Positions 46,937-62,295 are shown, counted from the stretch's first letter. The stretch is 64,000 bases of DNA from the human T2T-CHM13v2.0 reference genome, Homo sapiens (GCF_009914755.1 NC_060929.1); one strand, 5' to 3'. Translations and numbers: made by a program. The notes: generated by a model from the letters alone, not told the origin.

Positions 46937-47409
46937 TGTAAGAGTAAATACAAATTATTTTCCCAATTTGTAAAGGGCAAAGAGGCCATTTTTTATCCCT
47001 CTTCACTTTTGTAGAGTTTTTCCTTGAAGACATGGTGAATCCAAGTCTTTAACCTTTGAATATAGATAAATGTCTCTAGGGATTGAACCCCATCTTTGCT
47101 CCATTTTTATAGTAAAGAGATACATGAAAGTTTGTAAGACCAAATAACTTCTACATATGTAAACACATACTGCCAGAATTAGCCCAGGGCTCTCATGAGA
47201 TGTACAGAGTGTCACAAGGTGATAAAAATTATTGTTCTTTTCTCTGCTTTGCCATATAAATTATGTGAGATCTCATCCTAACTTTGTAGTCTCTAGCAGG
47301 CTGCCTGTGTGCATATTCTGTTATGCTTACTTAATAATAAACTGATTTTCTTTCTTTTCTACATTGTCACAGAGAAGACTCTGTTGGTAGCACTTTCATT
47401 TCCTCAACA
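46937..47409 (+). mobile_element. ERV1-class solo LTR (LTR37-like)
   Basis: TG...CA ends (tgtaagagtaaa ... ttcctcaaca), AATAAA near the 3' end, imperfect 4-bp TSD gctg/cctg; family call tentative. Confidence 0.5.
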
Positions 47410-47560
47410 CCTGGAAAACAGTGCCCCCGCTTTCTCCTCCCAGCCCTCCTAAACACATGCACACACATGTACATAACTTTCATGTCCTCGATACCTGGCA
47501 AACAGTGTCCCCGCTTTCTCCTCTCACCCCTCCTAAACACACGCACACACATGTAAATAA
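47393..47560. repeat. 84-bp tandem duplication (2 copies)
   Basis: ctttcat(t/g)tcctc...cctgg(a/c)aaacagtg...cctcctaaacaca..cacacacatgta at 47393 and 47477. Confidence 0.92.
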
Positions 47561-47739
47561 CCTTGAAACAAAACTGGGATCACACGTATGCATGTGTGTT
47601 TATATATAATTATATAAATAATTATATATGGACAATAAATATTTGATACATACATTTGCCTTTTAACTTAAGGTTAAATCAAGAGTAACTTTCATATTTA
47701 TTTCTCGAATTCCTAATAGATATACATTATACTATTTAA

Positions 47740-47931
47740 CAGTGTGCTGGAGTCAGTTCTTACTGACTCATGACGACTGATTATCCATGTCTCTTTCCAT
47801 CTCCATTTTCCGTGACAGCATATCAGTAATAAAATAGGCCATGGTGGAATAAGTTACACCAAGAAAATATAAAAATAGTATAAATCAGAACTTTTTTTTC
47901 TCCAGACAGCCATTTCACCAGCATACCACTG
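47740..47931 (+). mobile_element. MER63A (hAT-Blackjack MITE)
   Basis: cagtgtgctggag...ggccatggtggaa...aaatcag...ccagcataccactg, with inverted termini. Confidence 0.8.
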
Positions 47932-48046
47932 AGAATGCTGTATAGGTTCTGCATCTTGCTTTTTAAATTTAGTTATATATCTTATAGATTATGCATATCA
48001 GTACATACGGAATTAACAACTAGCACTTTATACTATACTACCTTTA

Positions 48047-48374
<328 letters not shown>

Positions 48375-48925
48375 TCATCACTTCTGAAATGCCCCTAAAT
48401 TGATGGACAAAATTTTTAAAATTTATTTTTGCATTTCTTTGTTTGCTGGTGAGATCTAACATTTTTTAATAACTGTATTGGCCACAGATTTTTTGTGTGT
48501 ATTAAATTATCACCTATGTCTTCCATTTTGCTTCTGGAATGTATAGCTTTCTCTCATTGGTTTGTAAGTTTTTTACTATTGAAGATATTAAACACTTGTC
48601 CAATACATATAATATAAACATTTTTACATTTTGACCATCTGTCTTATAATTTTTCTAATAATGACTTATGACATATAAAATTCTATATGCAGTAACAGTT
48701 GTATAAGTATTCTGATTTGAAACTGTGGAAATTCTGGCTACTGATTGAGGAAAGCTCAATTAATGTAAATTAAGCAAAAGTACAGAATTCTTAGAAAATT
48801 ATTTTCTAAATGATAAACATAATTATAACCCTATAAATACAGTAACTGCACTTGAGATAACTCATGTAATTTACAAATGTTAATTTTCTTTCTTTTCAAA
48901 AACAATCTAATGAGGCATATACTAA

Positions 48926-49540
<615 letters not shown>

Positions 49541-50299
49541 TAGAGTTTAAAAAAATGAAACTAAAGAAAAGTTATAGAAAACTTAATTTGGGTAACACAT
49601 GATATCTTTAACAATAGTTTTATAGATACAGAGTAAAAGCTCACTTGATAAATGCCATTCTGTGAGGAATTAAGGTTATTTTCAAATTAGTATTTGTGGA
49701 ATGTGTAAAATGAATCACAATAATATAATTCAAACATGGTAATATATCATAATGCTAAAAACAGACTTTTGTATAACTAGAAGAGTAGATAGCTAGCAGC
49801 TCCCTTGGACTATTTTTCTTAAAAATTATTTCAGCTAGACTTTTGCTTTTTGGAACACACACAATTTGAGGTTAACTCTTTGGAAAAAGCTGGGAGCACA
49901 AGAGTTCTAAATGAAGGAAACTCCGTAACTCTTGGATTTTCTAATATAATAAAAAGCCAAAATGGTATTGTCACCTCAACAGAAAGTAAGGCATATCTGC
50001 AGGCAAAGCTAAGATTTTCCTCAAAGATCAACTTTGGATCCACTGATTAAGATTTCTAATAAATGTTTAGATAAGGTATTAGTCATTACCTGACTTGGCC
50101 ATATAAGAAGTCTCAATATTACTCCTATGAAATATCTGATTTGAGCCCCACACTCTCCTGAAATACAAGTAATTGAACAAGTTGAACTCCGAAAGTACTC
50201 ATTTGAAATTGGATACTTATATTTTGGGTCATGATTGTCAAATTCAATTTTAATTTCTATGTATTGATGTTGAGCCATCAGCTTGTATCCTTGCATAAA

Positions 50300-50380
50300 G
50301 CACTTAAGAATTTCAAGATGATGACAAGACAGCATCACACAAAACACAGTGCCTTTCTAAGAATGGGGACCTGGCACTTT
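50300..50380 (-). mobile_element. MER45-family hAT fragment
   Basis: ttaagaatttcaagatgatgaca...gcctttctaagaatggggacctg resembles reverse MER45. Confidence 0.55.
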
Positions 50381-50582
50381 ATTGATCTTCAACCTCATTT
50401 CATACTTCATTTTTGCCTTCCTCCTGCCACAGGGCATATGCTATTTCTAGGCCTGGAGTAGTCTTCTCATTGCCCTTCACAGGTGATGCCTCATCTTTCA
50501 GATATTTGCTTAAGTGTCACTCCTAAGAGAGGTCTTTCCTGACCACCATATCTAAGTATGCCCTCTACTGTTCTCTTTTATG

Positions 50583-52944
50583 TATCTTAGTCCATTCAGT
50601 CTGCTATAACAAAATACCTTAAACAGGGTAATTTATAAACAACAGAAATTTATTGCTCACTGTCCCAGAGGCTGGGAAGTCCAAGGTCAAGGCACAAGCA
50701 GATTCTACGTCTGGTGAAAGTCCACTTCCTAAATGGCAATTGTTTGCTGTGTTCTCATATGGTGAAAGGAGAAGATAAGCTCCTTTGGATCTGTTTTATA
50801 AGGGCACTAATTGCATTCATGAAGACTAAGCTCTCAGGACCTAGTCACCTCCTGAAGGCTCAACATCTTAATATCATCACCTTGAGGGTTAGGTTTTAAC
50901 ATACAAATTTTGGGAGGACATATATATCCATAATATACACTTTTTGCTCCGACCCCACAAAATTCACATCCTTCTCACATACAAAATGCATACATTCCAT
51001 CCCAATAGTCCCAAAAGTCTTAACTCACCCTAATATCAACTCAAAAGTCTAAAGTCATCAAATATTGGTGAGACTCAAGGTTTGACTCATCCTGAGGCAA
51101 ACTGCTCTCCAGTTGTGAAATAAAACAAGTTATAAACTTCCAAAATACAATGGTGGGTCAGGCATAGGATAGATGTTCCCAAATCAAAAGAGAGAAATGA
51201 GAAGGAAGAAAGGGGTAGCTGGTTCTAAGTTCAAAACCCAACAGGGCAAACAACATTGAATCTTAAGACTAGAGAATAATTGACTCCATGACTCACCTTC
51301 CAGACATACTGGGACAGGGATTAGGCCCCCAAGGCTCCAGGCAATCCTACTCTCAAGGCTTTGCTTGGTGAAGCCCACACTGCAGCTCTCACCAATTGTA
51401 GTCATGTGCCTGTGGCTCTCCCGGGCTGGAAATGCACTTTGATTCCTCTACTGCTCTGGGGTGTTGGGGGCATTCCCACCCCCACAGCTCCACTGGTCAT
51501 TGCCCTAGTGGAGACTCTCTCCAAAGCTCCACTAGGCATTGCCCTAGTGGGGGCCCTCTATGGTGACTCCCCTCATAGCAATTCTCTGCCTGAGCCCCAA
51601 GGCTCTCTGTGGCATCCTTTGGAATCTAGGTGGAGGTACCCATACCACCACAGTTCATGCTCTCTGCACAGTCATGAAGATGCTACTGCATGAACACCAG
51701 CGTGATCTACCACCCATGCCTTTTGGAAAGGCAGCCCGAGGCACAACTAAATCTGTGAAGGAGCACTGCATCAGAACTCGGGGAGTAGAGCCTTAAAACG
51801 TTCCACCACCAAGGCCCTGGCGTTCTGACCCTGTGATGGGTGGGGCAACCCCAAAGATTACCAAAATGCCTTTAGGGTCATTCTTTCGTTGTCTTGATGA
51901 ATAGCATCTGGCTTCATTCTATCCATACTAATCTCCTTATCAAACGTTTGATGGGCCACACCCTTACTGTTCTCCCCCAAACATTTTTCATTCTTTACCA
52001 TATAGCCAGGCTGAGAATTTTCCAAGTCTTCAAATTCTGCTTTCTTTTTTATTATAAATTCCATCTTTAATTCATTTCTCTCTCACACATTTTACTATAA
52101 GGAGTCAAGAGAAACCATGCCACAAGAGAAACCATGCCACATCCTCAACACTTTGCTTAGATATTTCTTCTGCCCAATATCCTATTTCATCACTCAGAAG
52201 TTCCATCTTTCACAAAGCAGCAGAACACAAACACAATTCAGCCAAGTTCTTTGTCAATTTATAACAGAGATCATCTTTCCTCTAGTTTCCAATAACATAT
52301 TCCTCATTTCCATGGGAGACCTCATTAAGATGACCTACTTTATCCGTATTTGTACCAATATTCTGCTCATAACCACTTAAGTAATCTCTAAGAAGATTGA
52401 GGCTTTTTCTACAGCTCTCCTCTTCTCCTGAGCACTTGCCAGAATTGTCCTTAAGCCTCCTTTCACAGCTATGTACCACAAAACTTCCAACCTCTACCCA
52501 TTACTAAGTTCCAAAGTTGCTTCCACATTTTTAGGTATTTGTTATACGGCAACACCCCACTTCTTGATACCATTATCTGTTTCAGTCCATTAAGCTTGCT
52601 ACAGCAAAATACCTTAGACTGGGTAATTTATAAGCAACAGAAATGTATTGCTCACAGTTCTAGAGGCAGGGAAGAAGATCAAGGGAGCAGCAGATGTGGT
52701 GTCTGATAAGGGTTTTCTGCATCATAGATGATACCTTCTTGCTGCATCTTCACATGGTAGAAGGCAAAAGGGGCTAACAAGCTCCCTCAGGCTTCTTTTA
52801 TAAGGGCACTAATCCCATTCATGAAGGCTCTGCCCTCACTATTCACTTCCTCAAGTCTCCACCTCTTAATACCATCACCTTGGATACTGGGTTTCAAGAT
52901 GTGAATTTCAGGGGCAGGGAGGGACATACATTCAGATCATAGCA
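50583..52944 (-). mobile_element. MLT1A0-type MaLR provirus: LTR (50583-~50935), internal region, LTR (52578-52944), nested in an L2
   Basis: Both LTRs contain aaaatacctta.ac.gggtaatttataa.caacagaaat.tattgctcac and ttttataagggcactaat; the internal region gives a MaLR-int peptide (AEFEDLENSQPG); L2 sequence on both sides (~50400-50580, ~52945-53140). Confidence 0.88.
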
Positions 52945-53159
52945 CATTGTATCTTGTTTTCTCCTGCACAGAATTCATCAGAATTAGCAAATATGTATTT
53001 GTTTACTTGTTTATTGCCTATCTTTCCCCTTTAGAATAGAAATTCCAGTAGTACAGACAGTATGAATTTTTTATTCACAAATGTAGAATCACTTCATTGC
53101 ACAGTAGCATAAAATAAACACTAACAAATATTCAGACAACAATGACTGCAAACTAAACT

Positions 53160-53345
53160 CAGAGAGACCCAAGTTTGGACTTCAGCTTTGCGATTTTTTA
53201 ACTGGGTCTTCATGATCTTGGGTAATCTCCTTTGTACTTCAGTTTTCTCCACTGTGAAGTGAGATTATATTAGTATGAAATCAATTGCTATGTATAAAGG
53301 GCTTAGCAGAGGACCGATTCATAGTACCACTTAGTAAAAATTATC
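53160..53345 (+). mobile_element. MIR
   Basis: cttcagttttctccactgtgaagtgag...tgtataaagggcttagcaga. Confidence 0.6.
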
Positions 53346-54340
53346 ATCATTTTTTATTTTATTTATTGTTATATTTTAATTTCTTAAATTATTTACATTT
53401 TGAGCCACTCTATATGAAGATCAATTAATTCTGATTCCCAATAAATTTCTAAAGCATGAGGATAGAAAGATGCTTGTAATTCCTTTGCTATGGCATGATC
53501 TTATCTCAGATTACAGAGTATTTTATAAAGAAAGGGGCAAATACAGCCAATTTTATAATACATGAGAAGAAGCAATTGTAGGAATTTAAAATTAACATAA
53601 GAAATACATTATGTGAAGTATCTCATAAAGTAAAAGCACTGACCAAATGTAAGGTTCAATGTGGTCATTACAATTTACCACTGCTTATTTTGGCTGAGCA
53701 TTGGAGAAGGGACTAAGAATTAAGAAGCAGTGATGTCTTCTATGGTTAGAGAAAAGATAAGCTGTTCACGGCAACTAAATTTTATCAGAATCCCTCCAGC
53801 CTATTATTGAACATTTTAACAATATGGGCTATGTAATTTACTAAATAAGCTATAATTCTACCAGAATTATGAGTCCTCCACAAAGAATACCAATGATTTC
53901 TCAACTACATCTTAAATATGTTTTTCTTCTCATTGAATTCCAGGCTATATATTATTATGTCATGTCTAACATTGATAATATTTCACATTTTTCTTTTTTT
54001 AAAAAATGTTCCTTTTTAAAGTTGGGTGATGAGTACATCTATCCTATTTTTCATATATTTGAAAATGTATATTTAAACACTCCCCTTTATTGGATATTTA
54101 AGTTGCACCTGATTTTTATCTATAATAAATAGTATGGCAATATCCTTGTACACAAATCTTTGATGATACATTTGTTTGTGTCCTTATAAGGCATTTCTAG
54201 AAGTGTACCTGATAGATCAAAGGTAAGTTTGAAAAATGTTTAACACCGTTGATTTACATTAACAACAAGATGCAGAAATATTATGCTAATTTATACTACC
54301 AAGCACAGGAGATATGAGGAACTATGATACAATACCTTAA

Positions 54341-54656
<316 letters not shown>

Positions 54657-55358
54657 AAGTATTAACTTCTTTAATCAACATCTTAACAAGCATTGACTGT
54701 TCATTTTTTGCCAAAGATAAGCACAAAATGATTATTGAAAAACAAAGATGACTTCACTGTATTTGCTATGGAAAGAAGAACAATAATGCAAGCCAATTTA
54801 TATTTCAGTCATTTAGAAATGACACAATTTAAAAATTATCTCATGTTGGCCTTCTGTGGTACCTGAAATTCCATGAGTAGAGAGTCATTCTTTGGTTCAA
54901 ATATAAGGCAGAATTATTGATAACAGCATAAGTGCTAAGAAACAAAACCTACACTATTAGTCTGAAGTTTAATTTGAAAGCTAGAAAACTAACATTATAT
55001 ATACAATTACCCATGAGTGCAAATATATATTCATATTCATATTCACATTTAAAACATATTCAAAATAGGAAATATAATGTACTTCATAGATTAATTATTC
55101 CTTTATTCTTCAATCATCAAACTATTGTAGCTAAGTGATTAATATCACATTTTTAAAATTTTGTAATTCTATATCCAGCACAGGACTAGGACTTCACACC
55201 TTATATATACTTATAGTGTGCCTTTTAAATTAAAAGTTTAAAATGTCTGACAGGTTGACAGTAAGGTCGTTGTTAACTTCAGATTCATGGTTGGGTCAAA
55301 TGAGCCTGATGTCTGAAGGATACAACAAGACACTGGATTGCATGAATGAGTTTCTTAC

Positions 55359-55519
55359 TCTCCGAGTAGGTAATAATCAGCGGTTTTACAGTGGTGACAT
55401 TTATGGTCACAGAGCGTGGTAAAGAAGGAGAGCATCAATAACTCGTTTGATGTTCACCTCATGTGGATTTTCATGGGTCACTCTGAAAATTTCCAGAGTG
55501 AGGTTTGTTGGTTAATCTT
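55359..55519 (-). other. Candidate non-coding or UTR exon (161 nt)
   Basis: Acceptor cttgctttttcttttttttggccag|, donor AGA|gtaaga; stops in all three frames; non-repetitive-looking sequence retaining several CpGs. Confidence 0.35.
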
Positions 55520-55698
55520 CTGGCCAAAAAAAAGAAAAAGCAAGTGGGGGGAGATTACTATATACTACCACAAATGAAAGACTATTCAGTGAATTGAAAC
55601 AACAGTGAACTTAAATACCATAGCATTCTTATGCCTTAGAATACCTATATAAGGTATGAGACTAAAGTAAATAAACAAATAATAGAATTTGTACAATA

Positions 55699-55992
55699 GG
55701 CCGGGCACGGTGGCTCACACCTGTAATCCCAGCACTTTGGGAGGCCAAGGCGGGCCTATCACCTGAGGTCAGGAATTCAAGACCAGCCTGGCCAACGTGG
55801 CAAAACCCTGTCTCTACCACAAATACAAAAATTAGCCGGGCGTTGTGGCAGGTGCCTGTAATCCCAGCTATTCGGGAGGATGAGACAGGAGAATCGCTTG
55901 AACCCAGGAGGCAGAGTTGCGGTGAGCCAAGATCGCGCCATTGCATTCCTGCCTGGGCTACAGAGTGAGACTCCAACCCCCCCAAAAAAAAA
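55699..55992 (+). mobile_element. AluSx-like
   Basis: Full dimer; TSD agaatttgtacaata. Confidence 0.95.
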
Positions 55993-56696
55993 GAATTTGT
56001 ACAATAAATGTTTTCAGATTGTCACACTAAATATATCATGCAATCTGACTGTTACCATTCCTACAACTACCATCCTTCTGTAGTCCACTGCATCTGATGT
56101 ATGCAGCGGATGAAGTTGTAACACTGAAACTTCTGATGAGGTTCTGATGAGGTACAGGGGATGAAGTTATAACACTGAAACCCTCAGCCTACACTCAGTT
56201 GAGCTCCTAAACTTTTAGTTTAGGCAAGTTGTTTTAACAGAAAGAGCATGATTTTTGGAGCTAGAAAAGCACGCGATTAAATGTACTTTCTCACTGCGTG
56301 ACCTGATGCAAGTTACTAAATTTTCTAGACCTCAATCCCCTCATCTGCAAGATTAGATCTGATAATACAGTGTCACTCATCCTAGGAGTCTATAAAATCT
56401 TCCTTTTGATAATTTCTTATTTCATTTAGATTTAAATCTTGATGACGATCTTTTAAAAAATGAACATGAGTATATTCTCATAAAAACAAACATAATGTGA
56501 ACATGTTACAACAAAATACTGCTACGTAGTGTCAGTGCCTGCTTTGGCATTTGTGTTCTGGGTGGCACTGTCCCCAAATATTACTACTTTAATTGTCATA
56601 GCCATATGAGAAATAGATAAATACTTACATAAAGAATGTTTTCGTGTCAAGTGAAGGCTCAAAAAAGTCACAATGCTATAGAAATGAAGGTTTCCA

Positions 56697-57202
<506 letters not shown>

Positions 57203-58725
57203 TTATTAAAATTATAATTTATTATGACTTTATAATTCTGTAAGAGCTATAAGCATAAAAACATTTTGTTTTATATTTGTACATATTTAAACAAAGCAAA
57301 AATAATTTAATATTGGAGGATATGAGAGTATATTTTTTTCTTTACAAGGAGTCTGTACATTTCTCTTTTGAAACTGTGATACTAGATACATAGTACCTAG
57401 CCAAAGCCAGCTGTTAGTAAAATTTAGTACCCATCCTTTTTTCCCCCCTATACATTTATTATCACATAGCTATCTGGCATTTGGCTGGGCTTATTTGTTT
57501 TTTCCAGTTCCTGGTAATAATTGGGAGGTCTAATGGGCAAAATTTGATTTCAGTTTTCAGGCTTTATATGGCAAAATTAATCAATGGGCTTAAAGATAGG
57601 CCAATTTAGCAATTACTGCTTATGCAATGTCATTTGAGTGACAATAAAGAGAAACCTTTAATGGCCATTTTTGGAATTTTGTCATTAGAAACGTTTTTCT
57701 TTGATTTAATGAAAACAACAGGATGTAGAGTGTTCAAGAGAACTCTCAAAGCCCAAAATCACAGTGTCTTAGAAGTATAAGTAATTAGGGCTTAACAGAT
57801 TATATAGTAATTCTAGCACTCTTGAACAATTCTGAAAGTAGAAATAAGTCATTGAAAAAAAACTATTTAGTTTTATTCATTTATATATGGCCTGTCACTT
57901 TTTCACAATTTGATACAAGCATATTAATATTAATAAGGTCATAAAAATATGACAAATTTTAGTATAGACCAGGTTCACTAAAGTGAGAGATTTCACCTGG
58001 TGTTGTGACTTGCTTACTCGAGCATTTTAAAGTGTCTGAATGTGTCAAGATTCCTCCTGCCTAAACAGTTCATAAGAGGAACTTTATCATCCAATCAAAG
58101 ATGAGAGAAAAAAATAAGTAAAAAAGGCATTGATAGAGTAGGCTGACAGAGATTTCCGTGAGCTGGTAAAAACTAGAGTAGATTAGAGGATTAATGAATC
58201 TAATTACAAAGCTTCAGGACAGAAGGGAGCTTTCAAAGCAAGATACAACAGAACGGTTAATATACCAGCAGAGGTCAGGCAACTATTTTCATGAGTAACA
58301 GCATAAATTCAGTCATTCAGGCCATTGAAAAGAATGTATGTTATTTCTTCTCTAATTCTGCATATGTTCTAAAAGGAAAGACAATAGTTTAGGTCCTTTT
58401 TTCATACTGTACATGTGAATAGTCCAAAATAACAGAAATAATAAATTAGGATATTATCAATAAACTCACTGCTATTTTGTTTCATCTTTACTACAACCTT
58501 TCTTTTCTCACATCTTTGGTTATATCAGTTGAAACGTCACAGAGAGAAAGAATTATAGACACCAGAGCTAATTACATCATATTGTTCACTTTGGTGCTCA
58601 TAAAGAATCTCCTTCATGTCTTTATGTGATATACTTTCAGATGTCTCCAAGTAATGGATCTTCTACTAGTTTATTAAATTATGAAACTGTGCCTTGGGAA
58701 GTTGGTTTTGTTTGTTTTTTGAGGG

Positions 58726-58990
58726 TTTTTTTTTTTTTTGAAAGGTTCTCACTTTGTCACCCTCACCCAGGCTGGAGTGCAGTAGCACGATCTCTGTTCA
58801 CCCACCTCAGCCCCCCAACTAGTTGAGACTATAGGCACACACCACCACAGCTGGCTAAGTTTTGCATTTTTTGTAGAGTCAGGGTCTCGCCATGTAGGCC
58901 AGTCTCGTATCAAACTCCTGGGCCCAAGCGATCTGCTGAACTTGGCCTCCCAAGTGCCAGGATTACAGGTATGAACCACGAAGCCTGGCC
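58726..58990 (-). mobile_element. Degraded AluJ
   Basis: Reverse Alu with internal deletion; ctcctgggcccaagcgatc. Confidence 0.85.
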
Positions 58991-59186
58991 TTGTTTGTTT
59001 GTTTAATTTCAAAATGAGGTAGGTGTTTTCAGGTTCCTTAAAAAAACTTATTGAAAATAATTTAAATTAAAATAAAGTTGCGAAAATGAAAATAGCACAA
59101 GGAATACCCATATTCCTTTTACCCAGACTTATCTATTGATACTGCTAACATTTGCTTTATTATTTGCAGCCATGTTCTCTGTGTCT

Positions 59187-59190
<4 letters not shown>

Positions 59191-59222
<32 letters not shown>
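59191..59222. repeat. (AC)16 microsatellite
   Basis: Direct reading. Confidence 0.95.
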
Positions 59223-59224
<2 letters not shown>

Positions 59225-59511
59225 TTTTTTCTCAACTATTTGAAATCATGGCCCTTTACCCCTTAATATTTCAGTATGTAAATCCTAAGAAATCCACTTA
59301 ATGCATACCTTAATGCATAAATTTACATTGCAACACTTTTACCTACTCTACCATCCATATTCCAATTTTGTCTGTCTTTTATAGTATTTATTTTTTCTCT
59401 TCTAGTACAGGACCCAGTTTAGGGTTAGACATTATATTTAGCTGTCATATCTCTTTAGTCTCTTTTAACATGGAATATTTCAACAGCCTCTTTGTCTTTT
59501 ACAACATTAAC

Positions 59512-59806
59512 TTTTTTTTTTTTTTGAGACAGAGTCTTACTGTGTCACCCAGCTGGAATGCAGTAGCATGATCTTGGCTCACTGCAACATCTGCCTCCCG
59601 GATTCAAGCAATTCCCATGCCTCAGCCTCCCAAGTAGCTAGGATTACAGGCACCCACCACCACACCAAGCTAATTTTTGTATTTTTAGCAGCGATGGGAT
59701 TTTGCCACATTGGCCAGGCTGGTCTCAAACTCCTGATCTCAAGTGATCCACCCGTCTCGGCCTCCCAAAGTGCTGAGATTATAGGCATGAACCACCGCAC
59801 CCAAGC
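59512..59806 (-). mobile_element. AluS
   Basis: Reverse dimer; TSD acattaac. Confidence 0.93.
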
Positions 59807-61792
59807 TGACATTAACATTTTTTAAAGGACACCATCTTCCCTTTCTTTTAATAAAAAATTCCTCATTTTGCATTTGTCTGATGTGATTAGTTTGAGGTTA
59901 TACATTCTTGAGAAGAAAATCACATCTGGAGAAATACCAGATCTATCTGTTCTTCATTCATTGTATAAACTTTTATCACCTGGTCAAGATGTTATCTGAT
60001 TTCTCCACTACATAAATAGTAGACTTTTTTTCCTTATTGCAATTTAATAAGCAGTCTAACACTTGAAGTTAATCAAATACCCTGCTCCTCATCAAAATCC
60101 TCCCCCAAATTTAGCATCCATACATGATCCTTGCCTAATACAATCTTTATCATGGTGATTTTTCAACTCCAGGTCTCTCTATATATTAATACTAGTCAGC
60201 CCTCAGTATTTTACTATAAAGAGGAACCTCTCTTCCTCATCTATTTATAGGCCTATCAATTCCTAGTTTTTCAGTGATTTACAAACTATTACTATACTTT
60301 ATATTTTTGTGCTCAATTGGTCTCAAGTTCGCCAGTGGGAATGCCTCCAGTAGGATCCCTGTGTTCTTGTTATATGACCCCATTGTTTTATTTAGCACTG
60401 ACCCTAACCTATACTCCTGAAATCAGCCACTTCTCTGAGAAGCCTCCTTTTCTTTGCAAAGTTAAATTATCTTTAAATATTAGAATTTAAAGGTCACTTT
60501 CAGAAGGTTCTAACACTTTGGAAAAACCAACATTATAAAACTGCCTGGTGATTTAAAATAAAAAATCTCTTCGATTGTTTAAGAGTTTAAATGTTTTAAT
60601 TATCCAGCAATCTTACAGCTATCTGAGACATGATAATCATGAAATATTAAAATATTATATTTTACATGTCTTTCTAACTTATCTGGAATCTCAAGATGTG
60701 AGTAGTATACTCTAAATACTCCCTGCCAACTCTACCAAATTTTCTCAACATTTGAAGTTAGCAATGCTTTTATTTTTCCTGTTAAAAACTGATTTTCAAA
60801 ATGTGCTCAGTAGATCTCATTTATAGTCATTCATTGCAAGCCAACTTTGAAAATTAGTTCAAATACTCAAGCCAAAAACATTATTTACCAAAACTATCCT
60901 TTCTCCATAGAACACAAAGGTAGGAAGCTAAAAAGAATGTCTTATTACTCTCTAGGCTTAAAATATTACATGTATTGGACATATGGAAAGTTGGCCAGTT
61001 GAACAATTGCTTAAAAAAGTGTGTAGGAAAAATGTCATTGCAAACTCCTTTTAAAAATGTGTACCCCTAAAACTGTTTTATTGCAATCATATTTCTTTAA
61101 CATAATCCTTCCATGAACATATGCCAATTTAAGTATATTAATGCATGTTTGTATCCATACTTGTTATGCAAAAGCTAATGTTTATATCCATAATTTTAAC
61201 ACTATGACCTAGCTCTCATCATTTCTCCAAATGGCTGAATTATCATCTGAAAACTTGTAATTCCTTGAGGTGTATTAGGACATTTCATTATGTAAACAGA
61301 TCTCTACAATTTTTGAATTTTTTCTTACACAAAGACTCAGCCTATAAAAAATCAGTGCCTTGGGAAATAAAATTAAACATCCTCAATGCCTGTCAGAGTA
61401 CAAATGATTCTCTGAGCATGAATTTCTGGAGTTTTAATGCAAGTCAGTAGCAATGCTTTTTTTCTATTTAATATGAGCTTTCCAAAACAATATTTAGGAG
61501 CCTATCTTTTGTTAAGAAAGTAAGATGTCAAGAAAAATTGCGAGTTTTTCTTTTTCATTGTATGTGTAAAACAATCTTTCCAAAATGATGTTGATTTTAG
61601 GTTTAAGAGGATATAAAAAGAGGAGTTCTGTTACTTTTAGTTAGCTTTTATTTCTTTCTTGTTCATTTGTGTCAGGAAAACTGTGTAGCTGCAAAATAAA
61701 AGGAAGAATAAATCATTCCATACAGTGGCCCTAGAGAGGTCAGGTAAATAGGGAGCAAAAGCTATATATGAAGTGACAGAGTTAATCATTCA

Positions 61793-62295
61793 TGTGGCAA
61801 ATTTTTTTTTCCAAAGATGGTCACAATAGCATCTCCCATCCACATATAATGTGACTTTGACATTCTCCTCAAGAGGCAGGATCTATGTTTCTTTCCCTTG
61901 ATTCTTGGCAGGCTTGTAGTGTCAGAGGCTAAGTCTTACATCACAGTCCAGTTCCCTTGTTTCTCTTGCAACACTGGCCTTTGGAGCCTCCAAGCAAGCA
62001 GGCTGGTTGCCCTGAAGCCAGCATGCTGGACAAAAGCCCAAACTAGTCCACTTGGAAAAACCACATTAGGAGAGAAAGATGCCCGGCCATCCCCCAGCTG
62101 CTTCAGTCCCCTGCTGTTTCACCTCCAGTAACAGTCTAACTACAACTGCATTAGAGACCTAGCCAGAACTGCCCAGCTGAGCACTTCCCAAACTCCTGAC
62201 CCAGAGAAACCACGAGCAATAATAAAAATGATTGCTGTTGTGTTAAGCCACCAAGTTTTGGGGCAACTTATCACGAAGCAATAAAAAGCTGGACA
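61793..62295 (+). mobile_element. MLT1G/H-type solo LTR
   Basis: tgtggc...ccaaagatggtcacaa...ccagaactgcccagctgag...ctcctgacccagagaaac...ttaagccaccaagttttgggg...ca. Confidence 0.8.

Larger units (their letters stand above)
59040..60430 (-). mobile_element. Old L1 (L1MC/ME-like) 3' region interrupted by (CA)n and an Alu
   Basis: aagttgcgaaaa...aatacccatattccttttacccagac; catggccctttaccccttaatatttcagtatgta; cctgaaaatcagccacttctctga. Confidence 0.65.

Noticed and set aside
51184-52479. Cluster of ORFs
   Set aside because: Decayed MaLR internal sequence
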